64,000 nt of DNA from Mustelus asterias (GCF_964213995.1 NW_027590253.1:372001-436000); one strand, 5' to 3'; numbered from the stretch's first letter, positions 48,653 to 61,520 are shown. Numbers and translations: made by a program. Notes: generated by a model not told the origin, from the sequence alone.

Positions 48653-51600
48653 CGTCGAAGGTGTGCCTGTCCCCTTCCTGATTGACACTGGCGCGACTCA
48701 TTCCACCTTAGACTTCACGTTCATTCAGATGCATAAATTTCCCCTTTCTGATAAACGTGTGGAACTTACTGGTTTCATGGGTGCGGGTGCTGTTTATCTA
48801 CTAACAGAGCCACTCTCTGTTCAATTTGAGGGCCGAAGGTGTCGTATCCCTTTCACGGTTACCCGGACCCTCGGTGTCAACCTGGCCAGATGTGATTTGC
48901 TGTGTCCCTTGCAGGAGGAGATTGTTTGCCTTGATGACGGCATAACACTATCCGTCATCCCACACGCCCCGCTTCGGAACTTCCCACTTTTTACTACTCC
49001 ACAGTGGTGGTCGGTTTATTTTGATCCCTCCCACTTTTCCCCTCCCTTAGATATTCCTAATCCACATGTGACTCTTTGCTATGATCACACGAGGTGCTCG
49101 ACTGTGTTAGAGACTGTTTACCAGGATGCCCTTGGCACTCTACTCACCCTTACCTTTGTTGGCCTGGCCAAGGGGAAAGAGGTTCTTTTAAAAAAGGAAG
49201 GAGACAAAAGGCGGGTAACTATAGGCCGGTCAGCTTAACGTCTGTAGTAGGGAAAATGCTGGAATCCATTATTAAAGAGGAGATAGCAGGGCATCTGGAT
49301 AGAAATGGTTCGATCAATCAGACGCAGCATGGATTCATGAGGGGAAAGTCGTGCTTGACGAACATGTTGGATTTTTATGAAGATGTGACGAGGGCGGTTG
49401 ATGGAGGAGAACCGGTGGATGCGGTGTTTTTGGATTTCCAAAAGGCGTTTGATAAGGTGCCCCATAAAAGGCTACTGAAGAAGATTAGGGCACACGGAGT
49501 TGGGGGTAGTGTGTTAAAGTGGATTGGGGACTGGCTATCCGACAGGAAGCAAAGAGTCGGAATAAATGGGTGTTTTTCCGGTTGGAGGAAGGTAACTAGT
49601 GGCGTGCCGCAGGGATCGGTACTCGGGCCGCAACTGTTTACCATTTATATAGATGATCTGGAGGAGGGGACGGAGTGTAGGGTAACGAAGTTTGCAGACG
49701 ACACAAAGATAAGTGGAAAAGTGAATCGTGTGGAGGACGGAGAAGATCTGCAGAGAGATTTGGACAGGCTGAGTGAGTGGGCGAGGATATGGCAAATGGA
49801 GTATAACGTTGAGAAATGCGAGGTTATACCCTGGAGGAAATAATAACAAATGGGATTACTATCTCAATGGAAACAAATTAAAACATGCTACCGTGCAAAG
49901 GGACCTGGGGGTCCTTGTGCATGAGACGCAAAAGCCCAGTCTGCAGGTACAACAGGTGATCAAGAAGGCAAATGGGATGTTGGCCTATATCGCGAGGGGG
50001 ATAGAATATAAAAGGAGGGATGTCTTGATGCATCTGTACAGGGCATTGGTGAGGCCGCAGCTGGAATACTGTGTGCAGTATTGGTCCCCTTATATGAAGA
50101 AGGATATATTGGCATTGGAGGGAGTGCAGAGAAGGTTCACCAGGTTGATACCGGAGAGGAGGGGTTTGGATTATGAGGAGAGGCTGAGGAGATTGGGTTT
50201 GTACTCGTTGGAGTTTAGAAGGATGAGGGGGGATCTTATGGAGACTTATAAGATAATGCGGGGGCTGGATAGGGTGGAGGCGGAGAGATTCTTTCCACTT
50301 AGTAAGGAAGTTAAAACTAGAGGACACAGCCTCAAAATAAAGGGGGGTCGGTTTAAGACAGAGTTGAGGAGGAACTTCTTCTCCCAGAGGGTGGTGAATC
50401 TCTGGAATTCTCTGCCCACTGAGGTGGTGGAGGCTACCTCGCTGAATATGTTTAAAGCGCGGATGGATGGATTCCTGATCAGTAAGGGAATTAAGGGTTA
50501 TGGGGATCAGGCGGGTAAGTGGTACTGATCCACGTCAGATCAGCCATGATCTTATTGAATGGCGGGGCAGGCTCGAGGGGCTAGATGGCCTACTCCTGCT
50601 CCTATTTCTTATGTTCTTATGTTCTTATGTTCTGCCTTTCTTGCTGAAGTTCCCCAGGTACTCTGGGTTCAGTCGGGACTCGTGTCTCCTCATTTGACTC
50701 TCACTGTCAATGAGGGGTACAGTGTCAAATCCTTGGGATTTTTGGTTGTGGGAGAAGGCTGCTCCTTTCTTTACAGGGAGACAAACCTTCCCAGAGGGCA
50801 CTTTGGAATATTTTCCCCAACCATTTTGTCTAACTGGTACATTGAACCACCATCAAACTGTCCAATCTCCAATTTTGGGGGTTCCCCCGGATTTGTGGGC
50901 GGCCTCTAAACACGAAGTTGGTCTTACCAATATACCTCCCATCATAATTAAAGTCAGGTCAGGTATGTCCTTGCCCAACATTTCGCAGTATCCCTTACGC
51001 CCCGAAGCTGAGAAAGGAGTATCGATCATGATCCAATCTTTCCTTCAACAGGGAATTTTGGTGCCATGCCAAACGCCCTGTAACACCCTGATTCTTCCAG
51101 TTCCAAAGGTAGGGAGACCGTCCGAATGGCGTTTGGTCCAGGACCTCCGCCCTATCAATCAGATCGTGGAACCCCGACATCCTATTGTCCTGAACCCGGC
51201 GACTATCCTTAGTAATATCTCGCCTGAAGCGACTGTTTTTACCCTGATGGATTTACAACATGCCTTTTTTGCAATACCCCTGAATCACAGTATTTATTTG
51301 CCTTTACATTGAAGGGATGTACACCTGGACGGGGCTCCCACAGGGCTTTATCCATTCTTCAACCCGATTCTCACAGGCATTGCACTCCCTGTTAGCAACA
51401 TTAGCACCCCCTAGAGGGCGAATTATTGTACAATATGTTGATGAGTTACTCCTTGCCAGCCCTGATTTCGTCGCCAACCAGCACGACACCGTTTACCTGC
51501 TCACCCGTCTCCATTCATGGGGTTATGTAATCCCGCCCACTAAGGTCCATAAAGGCTAACAGCAGGTCAAATTTCTGGGTGTTCTAATAAGTGCTACTGG

Positions 51601-53500
51601 ACGTTCCCTTCCTCAGGAACGCATTACTCCCATATTTCAGAGCCCGTTTCCTGCCACGCCTAAGCAGATGAGAGCCTTCTTAGGGCTAGTGAACTTTTGC
51701 AGACAGTGGATTCCGAATATTACTGCCCATACTAAAGACCTTACTCCTTACTCCTCTCAAAATGCTCCTCTTAAGTTTGAACTACCCGATTCGGCAAAGC
51801 AATCTTTTGCCACTCTCAAGGACGCCCTGGCTACCGCCCCAGTGCTCGGCCGACCTCTGAATGAAGACCCTTCCAATTGTACGTTCATGTTTTTGATGAA
51901 TGTGCCACTGGTGGTCTGACGCAAGAGGCATTGCCCCGTTGCCTATTATTCTATTAAATTGGATCCTGTAGCTTGCGGTCTGCCTCCCTGCACCCAAACT
52001 CTTACGGCTGTCCATTTGTTAGTACAGGCAGCCTCCAATCTGACCCTTCACCGGCCAGTGCAAGTGTATACCTCACACTCTATTGTGGCTCTCCTGACGT
52101 CTTAACATACCCAGCATCTGACTCAAGCCCACTTGAGCCGCTACGAGGTCTCCCTATTGCAGAACCCATGCCTGTCCTTTCATGACTGTTCGACTTTAAA
52201 TCCTGCTGTGTTCCTCGAGCAGCCTCCTGATAACCTTGCGGACCCACCGCACGATTGTTTGCTTTGGAATCACTTCCTTACCACCCCTCGCCCGGATTTA
52301 ATGGACAGGCCTTTTGAAAATCCAGATCTAATTTTTTATGTTGATGGCAGTTCTTCCATTTCTCTAACTGGTATTCCACAGTCTGGATACGCCGTTGTAA
52401 CGGACACTGAAATTCGGCAGGCGGCTGCCTAAAAGCCGAGTTATTCGCCCTTACTCGAGCTTGTGTTCTGGCCGCAGATACAAGTGCCAATGTGTACACC
52501 GATTCTAGATATGCCTTTGGCGTGACCCATGATTTTGGCCGCCTCTGGCAACAACGAGGTTTTCTCACCTCTGCAGGAACTCCCATTCAAAACGCTCTCT
52601 GGTCAAAAATCTCCTCGATGCTGTTCAGCTTCCTTGTCAATTGGCCATTATTAAATCTGCTGCGCACACGAAGGGGGACACTCCTGTGCAACTAGGGAAT
52701 GCCGTGCTGATTCAGCTGCAAGATGGCAGCTCTGTCGGTCTCTGTGATTGATCCCACTGGGGGTACTCAAGCTCTAAATCGGGTGCCTGTATTGGGGACA
52801 AAGGGCATGCCAGAGATAACTGGGGTTCAACATTTACAGAGGGACACCTCTGATTCCGAGCGCACGCTATGGAAGTCAATGGGGTGTTCGCAATCCTTGA
52901 CACGGGACCTCTGGCTTACCCCGGTTGGTCAAGATGGTATCCCGGATTCTTTGTTGCCGATTCTTGTTGATGATTTGCATTCTTGTACCCATCCTGGCAA
53001 GGAGGGAATGGTACAGCTACTTCTGAAGACTTGGTGGCACCCAGATTTGAATACAGCAGCGCAAACGCGGCTGGACAGATGCCTGATTTGCATGAGAAAT
53101 AATAAGGGTAAAGGCATTAAATGCCCTCCCGGAACTACTCCCTTGCCAGATGACCCTTTTGCCTGTATACAGCTTGATTTTATTGAATTACCAAAAGTAA
53201 ATTGCAATAAATATTGTTTAGTAATAATCGAAGTGTTTAATAAATGGATTGAAGCCTTTCCCATCACGAATTGTACTGCACATACGGTAGTAGAGTTATT
53301 ATTGACAGAAGTTATTCCCCGATGTTGGGTACCCAAAATGTGGCTCGGAGCAATACTGAGTTGTGTGACGCACTTGTAATTAAGCAACAACTGCACTGCG
53401 CGTATGATCCACAGGCAGCTGGAATTGTGGAAAGAGCCAACGGGGCTTTAAAAGAAAAAATATCTAAATTGGCTGAAGATGCTGGATTAAATTGGCTGAA
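48653..53500 (+). pseudogene. pol: ERV-B pro-pol (protease, 2H-like domain, RT, RNase H, integrase), interrupted at 49187-50632
   Basis: LIDTGATHS; PHVTL and PHLTL; QYPL, WRLVQDLR, DLQHAFF, LPQGF, QYVDE; FYVDGSS, AELFAL, YTDSRYAFG; HSCTHPG..CLIC, IQLDFIELP, PQAAGIVERANG. Confidence 0.92.
49187..50632 (+). mobile_element. Young 5'-truncated CR1 LINE
   Basis: Near-identical to the reverse complement of 53501-54940; tail (ttcttatg)n. Confidence 0.96.
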
Positions 53501-56155
53501 GAACATAAGAACATAAGAAATAGGAGCAGGAGTAGGCCATCTAGCCCCTCGAGCCTGCCCCGCCATTCAATAAGATCATGGCTGATCTGACGTGGATCAG
53601 TACCGCTTACCCGCCTGATCCCCATAACCCTTAATTCTCTTACCGATCAGGAATCCATCCATCCGCGCTTTAAACATATTCAGCGAGATAGCCTCCACCA
53701 CCTCAGTGGGCAGAGAATTCCAGAGATTCACCACCCTCTGGGAGAAGAAGTTCCTCCTCAACTCTGTCTTAAACCGACCCCCCTTTATTTTGAGGCTGTG
53801 TCCTCTAGTTTTAACTTCCTTACTAAGTGGAAAGAATCTCTCCGCCTCCACCCTATCCAGCCCCCGCATTATCTTATAAGTCTCCATAAGATCCCCCCTC
53901 ATCCTTCTAAACTCCAACGAGTACAAACCCAATCTCCTCAGCCTCTCCTCATAATCCAAACCCCTCCTCTCCGGTATCAACCTGGTGAACCTTCTCTGCA
54001 CTCCCTCCAATGCCAATATATCCTTCTTCATATAAGGGGACCAATACTGCACACAGTATTCCAGCTGCGGCCTCACCAATGCCCTGTACAGGTGCATCAA
54101 GACATCCCTGCTTTTATATTCTATCCCCCTCGCAATCTCGGCCAACATCCCATTTGCCTTCTTGGTCACCTGTTGTACCTGCAGACTGGGCTTTTGCGTC
54201 TCATGCACAAGGACCCCCAGGTCCCTTTGCACAGTAGCATGTTTTAATTTGTTTCCATTGAGATAGTAATCCCATTTGTTATTATTTCCTCCAAAGTGTA
54301 TAACCTCGCATTTATCAACGTTATACTCCATTTGCCATATCCTCGCCCACTCACTCAGCCTGTCCAAATCTCTCTGCAGATCTTCTCCGTCCTCCACACG
54401 ATTCACTTTTCCACTTATCTTTGTGTCGTCTGCAAACTTCGTTACCCTACACTCCGTCCCCTCCTCCAGATCATCTATATAAATGGTAAATAGTTGCGGC
54501 CCGAGTACCGATCCCTGCGGCACGCCACTAGTTACCTTCCTCCAACCGGAGAAACACCCATTTATTCTGACTCTTTGCTTCCTGTCGGATAGCCAGTCCC
54601 CAATCCACTTTAACACACTACCCCCAACTCCGTGTGCCCTAATCTTCTTCAGCAGCCTTTTATGGGGCACCTTATCAAACGCCTTTTGGAAATCCAAAAA
54701 CACCGCATCCACCGGTTCTCCTCCATCAACCGCCCTCGTCACATCTTCATAAAAATCCAACATGTTCGTCAAGCACGACTTTCCCCTCATGAATCCATGC
54801 TGCGTCTGATTGATCGAACCATTTCTATCCAGATGCCCTGCTATCTCCTCTTTAATAATGGATTCCAGCATTTTCCCTACTACAGACGTTAAGCTGACCG
54901 GCCTATAGTTACCCGCCTTTTGTCTCCTTCCTTTTTTAAACAGCGGCGTAACATTAGCCGTTTTCCAATCAACCGGCACTACCCCAGAATGCAACGAGTT
55001 TTGATAAATAATCACTAACGCATCCACTATTACCTCTGACATTTCTTTCAATACCCTGGGATGCATTCCATCCGGACCCGGGGACTTGTCCACCTTCAGT
55101 CCTATTAGTCTACCCAGCACTGCCTCTCTGGTAACATTAATTGTATTAAGTATTTCTCCTGCTGCCAACCCTCTATCGTTAATATTTGGCACACTATTTG
55201 TGTCCTCCACCGTGAAGACCGACACAAAAAACTTATTTAAAGACTCCGCCATATCCTCATTTCCCACTATTAACTCCCCCCTCTCGTCCTCCAAGGGTCC
55301 AACATTCACTCTAGCCACTCTATTCCTTTTTATATATTTATAAAAACTTTTACTATCATTTTTTATATTAATTGCGAGCCTAGCTTCATAGTCTATCCTT
55401 CCTTTCTTTATCGCTTTCTTAGTCTCTCTTTGTTGTTTCTTAAATTTTTCCCAATCACTTGTTTCTCCACTATTTTTGGCCACTCTGTACGCAGCTGTTT
55501 TTATTTTAATACTCTCCTTTATTTCCTTCGTTATCCACGGCTGGTTCTCCCTTTTCTTACAATCCTTGTTTTTTGCTGGAATATATTTTTGCTGAGAACT
55601 GAAAAGGATCTCCTTAAAAATCCTCCACTGTTCCTCAGCTATCCTACCTGCCAGCCTGCTCTCCCAGTCTACCTTAGCCAATTCATCCCTCATCCTATCA
55701 TATTTCCCTCTGTTCAAACAGAGGACACTGGTTTGGGACCAAACTTTCTCCTCTTCCATCTGAATCAGAAATTCGACCATATTGTGGTCACTAGACCCAA
55801 GAGGGTCCTTCACAATAAGATCCTTAATTCTACCTACCTCGTTACACAATACCAGATCCAAAATAGCTCGTTCCCTCGTCGGTTCCGTAACATGCTGTTC
55901 AAGGAAACTATCCCGACAGCATTCTAAGAACTCTTCCTCCATTCCACCCTTACCGACTTGAGTCTGCCAGTCAATGTGCATGTTGAAGTCCCCCATGATT
56001 ATTGCCGTTCCGTTTTTACACGCATCCCTTCTCTGCTTGTTTATAGCCCTCCCTACCTCAACATTATTATTTGGGGGCCTATATACCACACCTACTAGTG
56101 TCTTTCTCCCTCTACTATTCCTCATCTCTACCCATAATGATTCCACGTTTTGTTC
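53501..56155 (-). mobile_element. Young CR1 LINE with an uninterrupted ORF2 from mid-endonuclease to the C-terminus (854 aa)
   Basis: ORF 53597-56161: VYRPP, MGDFN, SDH, NYRPVSL, DFQKAFDKVPH, PQGSVLGP, KFADD; no stops; 5'-truncated. Confidence 0.97.
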
Positions 56156-57301
56156 CCACATCCCCGTCCATTGTAGGGAAGGAATACCTCTCCAATCCCT
56201 CCCATTCCATATAGAACAGACAGTTGAATGGATTCTAAGTCAAAACCGAACAGGGTGGCGGGGAGATATGAGAGACTGGAAATCGGCGGGCTATGAAATG
56301 ACTAAATTTTCGGCTTGGTACCAGCCTGCTTATAATCATGCTTTGCTTCCACCCTCCCTTACCGTCCCCTCGAGTGATGTGCAAGGTTCCCTGTGTTTTA
56401 GTAAATCAGGGAAAGGAAAGTTGATGGGACAAATGAGATGCAACCTTCCAGCTGAATGGCAAGAACTGCTGATTTGTCCGGGGTATGGAATATAACCTCG
56501 AACAGTTCATGAGCATATACTTCCCCAATAACCTGGATGACATTGGCTGATAATTTTACGGCCTACAAGAACAGCGGCAGAAGCCAGGGCAACTGGACAG
56601 GCACTGGCCGAGGTCACGGCTGAGCTAGTGGCCTACAATGGAACATATTTTATATGTGGTACTAAAGAATACTCATGGCTTCCTACCAATTGGATAGGAT
56701 CCTGTTATCTGGGATATGTCGTACCCTATATGCACCACCGAACCACCCTTCAGCACCACCCCTCGCGAGCCAAAAGGACCATTAGAGGAACAGAACAGTT
56801 CTTTTTGATAGCCTTTCCACTATATGGAATGGGCAGGGCATCCAACAAACTGATTCTTATGGCCTCTGCATTGGAACAACTGGCAAACGTAACAGCGGCA
56901 GAAGCCAGGGCAACTGGACAGTCACTGGCCGAGGTCACGGCTGAGCTAGTGGCTGTCCGGACCGTGGCATTAAAATTCGACTGGCTTTGGATTACCTGTT
57001 AGCCTCACAGGTAGGAACGTGAGCCATTATAGGGCAGGAATGCTGTACTGATATCCCTGATGTCTCCGAAAATATCTCCAACCTGGCCGACCATATTAAG
57101 AGACATGCTGATCCAATTCAAAAGGTTGGCCGTGAATTTCATGATTATAACCCACCGGGTTGGTGGAGATGGCTGGGTCACGGATTATTTGATTGGATCT
57201 TTAAGGCCATCATGCTACTACTACTACTGCTACTAGGAATAGGATTGCTGGGGCGCTTGTGTAAATGCATCATTATTCGGGTCCTCGATATACCTATTTA
57301 A
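56156..57301 (+). pseudogene. env: ERV-B env (SU C-terminal part and TM), copy 1
   Basis: NGTYFICG..WLP.NW.GSCYLG, furin site RAKR, fusion peptide, ISD-like RLALDYLLA, CX6CC remnant (*AIIGQECC), hydrophobic TM; frameshifted. Confidence 0.9.
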
Positions 57302-57320
57302 TCAGTTGTCATGATATGAC

Positions 57321-57334
57321 AAAAGGAGGGAATG
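57321..57334 (+). promoter_or_regulatory. Polypurine tract and TG start of the 3' LTR (copy 2 at 59393-59406)
   Basis: AAAAGGAGGGAA-TG just after the env stop. Confidence 0.7.
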
Positions 57335-58227
57335 TCGAACCAGGGAGCGGCGTGGGCTAATTGTTCTTTGTTTCTCGTTTCAAGGCTTCATTCTATGATC
57401 ATCTTGCTGGTGCCAGTACAGAGCGAGACTGCGGATAGTTGGGAACCTGTCTCGGGGGCAGGGAATTCAGATGGTGTTCGTGGAAGTGGAAATGACTAGG
57501 GTTGGGAAGCATTTTCCGATCAGGGCCAGTGTGATCTCCTGGACTCGTTTCGATCGCCTCAGGGGGTCGGAGAGGAATTTCCCAGATTTTTTTTCCCCAT
57601 ATTGGCCCTGGGGTTTTCACTCTGGGTTTTCGCCTCTCCCTGGAGATCACATGGTCTGAAATGGGGGGGTGGGGGTGAGTTAATAGGTTGTGAGTTAATA
57701 GGTTCCTCAGCTATCCTACCTGCCAGCCTGCTCTCCCAGTCTACCTTAGCCAATTCATCCCTCATCCTATCATATTTCCCTCTGTTCAAACAGAGGACAC
57801 TGGTTTGGGACCAAACTTTCTCCTCTTCCATCTGAATCAGAAATTCGACCATATTGTGGTCACTAGACCCAAGAGGGTCCTTCACAATAAGATCCTTAAT
57901 TCTACCTACCTCGTTACACAATACCAGATCCAAAATAGCTCGTTCCCTCGTCGGTTCCGTAACATGCTGTTCAAGGAAACTATCCCGACAGCATTCTAAG
58001 AACTCTTCCTCCATTCCACCCTTACCGACTTGAGTCTGCCAGTCAATGTGCATGTTGAAGTCCCCCATGATTATTGCCGTTCCGTTTTTACACGCATCCC
58101 TTCTCTGCTTGTTTATAGCCCTCCCTACCTCAACATTATTATTTGGGGGCCTATATACCACACCTACTAGTGTCTTTCTCCCTCTACTATTCCTCATCTC
58201 TACCCATAATGATTCCACGTTTTGTTC

Positions 58228-59373
58228 CCACATCCCCGTCCATTGTAGGGAAGGAATACCTCTCCAATCCCTCCCATTCCATATAGAACAGACAGTTGAA
58301 TGGATTCTAAGTCAAAACCGAACAGGGTGGCGGGGAGATATGAGAGACTGGAAATCGGCGGGCTATGAAATGACTAAATTTTCGGCTTGGTACCAGCCTG
58401 CTTATAATCATGCTTTGCTTCCACCCTCCCTTACCGTCCCCTCGAGTGATGTGCAAGGTTCCCTGTGTTTTAGTAAATCAGGGAAAGGAAAGTTGATGGG
58501 ACAAATGAGATGCAACCTTCCAGCTGAATGGCAAGAACTGCTGATTTGTCCGGGGTATGGAATATAACCTCGAACAGTTCATGAGCATATACTTCCCCAA
58601 TAACCTGGATGACATTGGCTGATAATTTTACGGCCTACAAGAACAGCGGCAGAAGCCAGGGCAACTGGACAGGCACTGGCCGAGGTCACGGCTGAGCTAG
58701 TGGCCTACAATGGAACATATTTTATATGTGGTACTAAAGAATACTCATGGCTTCCTACCAATTGGATAGGATCCTGTTATCTGGGATATGTCGTACCCTA
58801 TATGCACCACCGAACCACCCTTCAGCACCACCCCTCGCGAGCCAAAAGGACCATTAGAGGAACAGAACAGTTCTTTTTGATAGCCTTTCCACTATATGGA
58901 ATGGGCAGGGCATCCAACAAACTGATTCTTATGGCCTCTGCATTGGAACAACTGGCAAACGTAACAGCGGCAGAAGCCAGGGCAACTGGACAGTCACTGG
59001 CCGAGGTCACGGCTGAGCTAGTGGCTGTCCGGACCGTGGCATTAAAATTCGACTGGCTTTGGATTACCTGTTAGCCTCACAGGTAGGAACGTGAGCCATT
59101 ATAGGGCAGGAATGCTGTACTGATATCCCTGATGTCTCCGAAAATATCTCCAACCTGGCCGACCATATTAAGAGACATGCTGATCTAATTCAAAAGGTTG
59201 GCCGTGAATTTCATGATTATAACCCACCGGGTTGGTGGAGATGGCTGGGTCACGGATTATTTGATTGGATCTTTAAGGCCATCATGCTACTACTACTACT
59301 GCTACTAGGAATAGGATTGCTGGGGCGCTTGTGTAAATGCATCATTATTCGGGTCCTCGATATACCTATTTAA
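58228..59373 (+). pseudogene. env: ERV-B env, copy 2
   Basis: Duplicate of 56156-57301. Confidence 0.9.
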
Positions 59374-59409
59374 TCAGTTGTCATGATATGACAAAAGGAG
59401 GGAATGTCG

Positions 59410-59940
59410 AACCAGGGAGCGGCGTGGGCTAATTGTTCTTTGTTTCTCGTTTCAAGGCTTCATTCTATGATCATCTTGCTGGTGCCAGTACAGAGCGAGA
59501 CTGCGGATAGTTGGGAACCTGTCTCGGGGGCAGGGAATTCAGATGGTGTTCGTGGAAGTGGAAATGACTAGGGTTGGGAAGCATTTTCCGATCAGGGCCA
59601 GTGTGATCTCCTGGACTCGTTTCGATCGCCTCAGGGGGTCGGAGAGGAATTTCCCAGATTTTTTTTCCCCATATTGGCCCTGGGGTTTTCACTCTGGGTT
59701 TTCGCCTCTCCCTGGAGATCACATGGTCTGAAATGGGGGGGTGGGGGTGAGTTAATAGGTTGTGATGAACAAAGCATCGTAGCTGTGAGGGACAGCTCGG
59801 TGGATAGGATATTAGTATGTAGATAGGCTGGAAAATTGGGCGGGGATCCTGGATTCAGGATTCAATCCTGGACCGGGGAGCGGCGCGGGCTTGGAGGGCC
59901 GAAGGGCCTGTTCCTGTGCTGTATTGTTCTTTGTTCTTTG
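59410..59940 (+). mobile_element. Non-coding element ending in a CR1 tail (long CR1 3' UTR or CR1-dependent SINE), inserted at the LTR start
   Basis: Ends gggagcggcgcgggcttggagggccgaagggcctgttcc..(ttctttg)n, as at 38135-38200. Confidence 0.65.
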
Positions 59941-59967
59941 TATGATCTAAGCCTGTAACATGCTGTA

Positions 59968-61520
59968 GATAGATAAGTCACCGGGTACTGATGGGATGTA
60001 CCCCAGGTTACTGTGGGAGGCAAAGGAAGAGATTTCAGAGCCTCTGGCGATGATCTTTGCGTCATCGATTGAGACGGGAGAGGTGCCGGAGGATTGGAGG
60101 ATTGCGGATGTGGTTCCTATTTTCAAGAAGGGGAATAGGGATAGCCCAGGTAATGACCGACAGGTGAGTCTAACCTCAGTGGTTGGTAAACTGATGGAGA
60201 AGATCCTGAGGGACAGGATATATGAGCATTTAGAGAGGTTTAGTATGCTCAAGAATACTCAGCATGGCTTTGTCAAGGGCAGATCGTGCCTTACGAGCCT
60301 GGTGGAGTTCTTTGAAAATGTGACTAAACACATTGACGAAGGGAAGGCGGTAGATGTGGTTTATATGGATTTTAGCAAGGCGTTCGATAAGGTCCCCCAT
60401 GCAAGGCTTCTGGAAAAAGTGAGAGGGCATGGGATCCAAGGAGCTGCTGCCCGGTGAATCCAGAGCTGGCTTGCTCAAAGGAGGCAGAGAGTGGGTATAG
60501 ATGGGTCTTTTTCTAAATGGAGGTCGGTCACCAGTGGCGTGCCCCAAGGATCTGTTCTGGGACCCTTGCTGTTTGTCATTTTCATAGATGACCTGGATGA
60601 GGAAGTGGAGGGATGGGTTGGTAAATTTGCCAACGACATGAAGGTTGGTGGGGTTGTGGATAGTCTGGAGGGATGTCAGAAATTACAGAGGGACATAGAT
60701 AGGATGCAAGACTGGGCGGACAAGTGGCAGATGGACTTCAACCCAGATAAATGCGTAGTGGTCCATTTTGGTAAGTCAAATGGGATGAAGGAGTACAATA
60801 TAAAGGGAAAGACTCTTAGTACTGTACAGGATCAGAAGGACCTTGGGGTCCAGGTCCATAGGACTCTGAAATCGGCCCCGCAGGTGGAGGAGGTGGTTAA
60901 AAAGGCGTATGGTTTGCTGGCCTTTATCAATCGAGGGATTGAGATTAGGAGTCCGGGGACAATGATGCAGCTATATAAGACCCTCGTCAGACCTCACTTG
61001 GAGTACTGTGCTCAGTTCTGGTCGCCTCACTACAGGAAGGATGTGGAAAATATTGAAAGTTTGCAGAGGAGATTTACAAGGATGTTGCCTGGATTGAGTG
61101 GCATGCCTTATGAGGATAGACTGAGGGAGCTCGGTCTTTTCTCCTTGGAGAGATGAAGGATGAGAGGAGACCTAATAGAGGTGTATAAGATGTTGACAGG
61201 CATAGCTCGGGTGGACTCTCAGAGGCTTTTTCCCAGGGTGGAAATGTCTGCTACGAGAGGACACAGGTTTAAGGTGCTGGGGGGTAGGTACAGGGGAAAT
61301 GTTAGGGGAAAGTTTTTCACACAGAGAGTGGTGGGCGAGTGGAATCGGCTGCCGTCAGTGGTGGTGGAGGCGAACTCAATAGGGTCTTTTAAGAGACTCC
61401 TGGATGAGTACATGGAGCTTAATAGGATGGAGGGTTATAGGTAGGTCTAGAAGGTGGGGATGTGTTCGGCACAACTTGTGGGCCGAAGGACCTGTTTGTG
61501 CTGTAGTTTTTCTATGTTCT
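59968..61520 (+). mobile_element. 5'-truncated CR1 LINE (same subfamily as 6525-9286)
   Basis: ORFs 59996-60457, 60491-61156 and 61160-61444; tail tttttctatgttct. Confidence 0.95.

Larger units (their letters stand above)
44680..59410 (+). mobile_element. Defective epsilon-like endogenous retrovirus ERV-B (gag-pro-2H-RT-RNase H-IN-env-PPT), fragmented by CR1 insertions
   Basis: All domains are colinear on + once the LINEs are removed; 5' LTR and PBS not recognised. Confidence 0.9.
55630..59765 (+). repeat. Near-perfect 2072-bp direct tandem duplication (units start at 55630 and 57702)
   Basis: Identical ORFs offset by 2072 (56628/58700, 55974/58046); one substitution noticed (C57114/T59186). 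Confidence 0.97.

Noticed and set aside
50633-53500. Inversion of pol between the inverted CR1 copies
   Set aside because: pol has the same orientation and order as gag, pro and env
56156-59373. Domesticated (syncytin-like) env
   Set aside because: 5' part missing, with frameshifts and stops in both copies
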